Position numbers and translations under genes: made by a program
Notes under the pieces: model-generated
Database searches by the model: none
Seen by the model: only the letters and a program-made list of their open reading frames with translations
What the model was told of the DNA's origin: nothing
Assembly: GCF_001447785.1 (NCBI RefSeq)
Contig: NW_015162497.1
Coordinates: forward strand, 413,381-477,380
Source of the DNA: Gekko japonicus
Lineage: Eukaryota
Reading direction: 5' to 3'
DNA length: 64,000 bases
In this document: piece by piece, positions 59,815-64,000 of the stretch
Position numbering within the stretch: position 1 is the first letter of the stretch
How the letters are laid out: every line of letters begins with the position of its first letter

Positions 59815-60020
59815 CACTGTGGTATTGGGATTAGAATATTGGAATTGGATTGGAGAGACCCACGTCCAAATTTTCACTCTTTATCACAAAAGCTTCCTGG
59901 GTGGCCTTGGGTGTGTCACACATACTCAGGCTAAGCTACCTCACAGGATTCTTGTGAGGGTAAAATTGAGAATAAGAGAATGACGCAAGTTGCTTTGCGA
60001 CCCATTGGTAAGAAAGGTAA
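59815..60020 (+). mobile_element. Old Squam3/MIR-type SINE
   Basis: CTGGGTGGCCTTGGGTGTGTCACA..CTACCTCACAGGATTCTTGTGAGGGTAAAAT. Confidence 0.6.
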
Positions 60021-61883
60021 ATGAGGATTACAGTTTCATTGTTTTGTCACAGTATATAGGGATACGTTCTATATAGCGATACATTTGATAATGGAGTATG
60101 AGAACACCATAACGGGGAGTGCAGATTAAGGAGTGGAACTATATAGATGAGGACTGGTTTAATCTTCAATGACTGTCAGTTGTGTCCCAGAATGCATAGT
60201 ATGCAATGTGGCATACACCTGAGAGATCATTAAGTCTGATTCTCTTCTCAGTATAGTAGAGTTTGATAGTCAGATTTATTCCCCATCCCAGTGTATTACT
60301 TTTTCCCGTACAAATGGATGACTACCACTGATCCTTATTAGATGCAGTAAAATGCTACAGTTGGGTACTGTGTTTTTCTGGGAGCAAAACCTATTCACCC
60401 ACCCATGCTGGTGTGTGTCCAGGCCACTTTGAGCAGGAGGGGGTTTACACTGTCTCTCTTTTCACTAAGCCATTTCCTCCTCCTGTGGCAGGAAACACAG
60501 GACCAGAGAACTGGTCTTTGGAGCTGCTGTTCTCCAGGGAGAAAACCAGTTTGCTTTTGAGAAAGGAGGTCAAGGGGAGGTTTGTGATTCACCAGCTCTA
60601 CCCACCTATTTCCTCTCTCACTTGGCATCACTATCAGCTCTTACTGTTGTCTGCCCCCCGCCGCCCACCCCCAGATGTACATTGGCAGAAGAAGTCTTCT
60701 AAGAAAATGAGGAGGATACAACAGTTGATAGCTGATTAGGACAGAGGTATTCATATATAAATATAACAAATTATTCCTGGACCCTCCCCAGAATATGAAA
60801 TAGGTTGATAACTCCAAAGAGCTTGCAGATCTCTCCCCCTGGAGCTTTGTCAAAATGAGCAGTCTTCAAATTTCATAGTTTGTAGCACATACATCTGCAT
60901 AGAAAACAAGGGTGGAGGGAAGGGAGGAAGAAAAGTCATTTTTCCTGTTTCTTCTGTCCCCTAACACCTTCTCCCCAGTTAGTCTACATTCACTTGTTTC
61001 AAACCCCAGCAATTATTTTGTGCAGATTCCTCTTGGCATTCCCTGCTTTGCAACCCTCGGCATCAAGTTGCAGACACTGAGAGATGATGATGCTTTCAAA
61101 GTCTGCTGGATGCTTTCCTACTCTCTACTCTGAAATAATTCCCACTTACATTAACAGATGTTTCAAAAAGATGTTCAAGGTAGCATTTTTGCAGTGCTCT
61201 TAATAGTATCCTCAGTACCTTAAAGCATAAAGACTGAACGTCTGCAAAGAAATGACCTGTTGTAATAAAATTTATCAACTCCAAACTGTTCCCCCCCCGA
61301 CTGTCTGTAAAATATTTCTCTATAACAGACAACTCATATAAAAGAAATGATATTGCAACATGAATAGTTTACAAGCAGTTATCTGGGATTACCTCAATAA
61401 CCTGTGATCTACTTCTTATGTGTAATCAATCTATCTCAAGTTCACATGGGGGGGCACCCTTTATATTACCTGCAAATATTTATTTTATTACACATGGAGT
61501 AACAGATGGAGGAACAAATAAAATTATATTACTGCATTTATCTCCCTCACAGATTTTAAGATACTGATGTAGATTGGCTAGTTCTTACGTTCAATTTAAA
61601 TATTGCACTCCTCATGCAGAGCTTTTTTCCCATCTGATGTTTGCAGGCTGCTCGCTGCTTACTTTGGCCTAATTGCACTGGGGGTATGTATACTAGCACT
61701 GCATTTTTGTGGGCTGGATAGTGCTGGCAATGATGTGGGTAATTCAGTTAATAAGTTACATTCAGATGCTGAAGCAGTACCATGCAAAAGTAATTTTCAC
61801 AAACTACCATGTGGATGATGTAATATTTAAATAAGTCCTTCTATCTGGTGTATATTTGTGTGATAGCCTTAAAATGTTTCAGA

Positions 61884-62018
61884 ACAAGGTTTGAATCCAG
61901 TGACACCTTTAAAACCAACAAAGTATAATTCTTTAAGACTTTGTTGGTCTTAAAGGTGCCACTCGACTCAAACTTTATTCTGTTGCTTCAGACCAACACG
62001 GCTACCCACCTGAATCTA
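61884..62018. mobile_element. Penelope-like fold-back remnant
   Basis: Inverted arms TTTGAATCCAGTGACACCTTTAAAACCAACAAAGT / ACTTTGTTGGTCTTAAAGGTGCCACTCGACTCAAA; 15-bp TSD TTAAAATGTYTCAGA. Confidence 0.72.
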
Positions 62019-62619
62019 TTAAAATGTCTCAGATACCCTGGTTTTAACCTATTTAGTACATTAACAGGTGAGACCAGCACTTAGAAGAGTGCCCAGAGGC
62101 AACTGAAAAGCAATTAAAGGTTTCTTTTTGTGTTAACCAATGTGGCCCAAGGTGTTTACTGACATATTGGTCCAAAAGTAAAAACGAAACACGAAAACCC
62201 AATGACACATAAAAACAGGTTGCTTACCTGTAACTGAGGATCTTTGAGTGGTCATCTGTGCATTCACATCTCTGGGATATAATGCTCCTGCGCCGACCCC
62301 GATCGGTATAATGGAAAGCAAAAGGAATTTTCGCGCCCGCTCCCCGTTCACGTGCTGGGCTCCACTGTACATGACCAAGGGAGGGGCATGACAATCCCAC
62401 CAGTTCCTTCTGACCGCTGCCCTCAGTCTCCAAAGAAAGCAAGGACCGAAATCAGAGGGGAAGGAGGGCGGGTGGTGTGAATGCACAGATGACCACTCGA
62501 AGATCCTCAGTTACAGGTAAGCAACCTGTTTATCTTCTTTGTGGTCTCTGTGCATCACACCTCTGGGAGACTGACAAGCAATGCCCACCTACCTGGAGGA
62601 GGGAGCTGAGGTCCTAAAT

Positions 62620-63543
62620 CTATGCCGCTTGCAACACCGCTTGTCCCACAATTGAATGCTGATGAAGACGAACATCGAGGGCATAATGCCTCACAAACGT
62701 GTGATGTGTGGCCCAAGTAGCTGCGTTGCAGATATCTTCCAACGACACACCTCGCAGGAAGGCTGTGGATGCTGCCACTGCCCGGGTAGAGTGTGCTCGT
62801 AGCGGACCCAGGAGCGACTTGTTGGCTAGCATATAGCACAACTTAATAGTCTCCACAATCCACTTGGATAGACATTGGAACGACAGCTTCTTCCCTTGAG
62901 AGGGTAGAGCATAAGAGACAAACAAGGCCGGAGATTTCCAAAAAGGCCTTGTTCGATTTAAGTAAAAGAGTAAAGCTCTCTTGACATCCAACGAATGAAA
63001 ACGGCATTCTTCCTCCGATGAAGGAGACGGAAAGAACACTGGAAGAACAATGTTCACTTGCAGGTGAAACTCAGAAACAACTTTCGGCAGGAAAGAGACA
63101 TCTGGAGCCAATGTGACCCCATTATGATGAAAACTCAAATAAGGTGGGTCACAGTGGCGTGCCGATAACTCGTCCATCCTCCTGGTGGAGGTAACTGCGA
63201 CTAAAAAGGCTGTCTTCCACGACAAAAGCTGTAGACTACAAGTAGCCGTCGGTTCAAATGGTTTGTCCATGAGCCTTGCAAGCACCATGGGTAGATTTCA
63301 CGCTGGCGTGGGTCCACGTGATGGGGGGAAGAGGTGGGTCAGACTTTTAAGAAACTTCTTGGTCTTGGGGTGGGAGAAGACAGAGTGACCGTTAATTATT
63401 GGGTGATTGGCCGAAATTGCAGCTAAATAGACCTTCAGTGAGGCACAACTGAGTCCTGGGTCTAAACGAGACAATAAGAACCCAAAGATTGCCATCAGGT
63501 CAGATGGTGGTGGTGGGAATCCCAATGAGGTAAGGTAAGACAA
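62620..63543 (-). pseudogene. DIRS tyrosine recombinase, interrupted by one in-frame TGA (63298-63300)
   Basis: KTAFLVAVTSTRRMDEL...RAHSTRAVAAS...AATW...TFVRHY catalytic motifs; track ORFs 63298-63543 and 62620-63288 are in the same frame. Confidence 0.88.
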
Positions 63544-63624
63544 GAATTTCTTCCACTTCCCAGTGTAAAAAACTCGGGTAGACGGTCTGCGACAATTCTG
63601 TCTCTGACCAATTCTGTCTCTGAC

Positions 63625-64000
63625 CTATTCTGTCTCTGACCTATTGAAAAGGATCCTCCAGATTGTGAGCATGAGACACTTCACATCGTGATGCAGAATC
63701 CGACCCTTCTCTGCGAGGTGGAGGTCTGCAGCTGGGGGAAGGTGAATGAAGGAGCCCTTGGATAGGTGGAGCAGAATGGAAAACCAATGTTTTCGGGGAC
63801 ACCATGGTGTCACTAAGAGACAGCGTGTTGTTTTCTGCATTAACTTGACTAGTACTCTGGGTATTAGAGGAATTGGAGGGAAAAGGAAGACGTGACCACG
63901 GGACCAGAAGACCATCTCCCAGAGATAGGGGATCTATCCCCGCACTGGAGCAGAACAGGTGACATTATCTGTTGCTGCGTGTCGCAAACACGTCCACCTC
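63625..64000 (-). pseudogene. DIRS DNA adenine methyltransferase-like domain, disrupted
   Basis: VDVFATRSN upstream, then FLFPPIPLIPRVLVKL...LLVTPWCPRKHWFS. Confidence 0.75.

Larger units (their letters stand above)
62212..64000 (-). mobile_element. DIRS1-like tyrosine recombinase retrotransposon, 3' part
   Basis: Terminal segment 62213-62268 is inverted at 62476-62531, with a further partial copy at 62532-62569 (ITR/ICR architecture); YR and MT ORFs upstream. Confidence 0.9.

Overview
Vertebrate genomic DNA, AT-rich and dense in repeats, with three N gaps. The SINE and MITE repertoire points to a squamate reptile, most likely a gecko (inference; family names below are recalled from consensus sequences, not from a database search). 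No complete host gene is recognisable: there is a probable short terminal exon with 3'UTR at about 1.2-2.3 kb, a CpG-island promoter at about 19.3-20.0 kb, and a few isolated exon candidates. Most ORF-track entries are spurious. Elements with coding capacity are: (i) the 5' end of a young Gypsy LTR retrotransposon at the left edge, whose primer-binding site is complementary to its own predicted transcript start (Tf1/sushi-type self-priming); (ii) an ORF1-only 'half-L1' element with an intact 318-aa ORF1p; (iii) the 3' part of a DIRS element with methyltransferase-like and tyrosine recombinase domains. The most striking unannotated structure is a set of eight non-autonomous Helitron-like elements. 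Six end in non-canonical CTTG and two in CTAG. One pair forms a head-to-tail CTTG|TC junction, one is only 60 bp, and two elements with different termini carry the same MITE-SINE-linker-MITE cassette. Also present: a tailless U2 retrocopy, an OC1-like hAT MITE, fold-back Penelope remnants, and a SINE flanked by a ~160-bp duplication.
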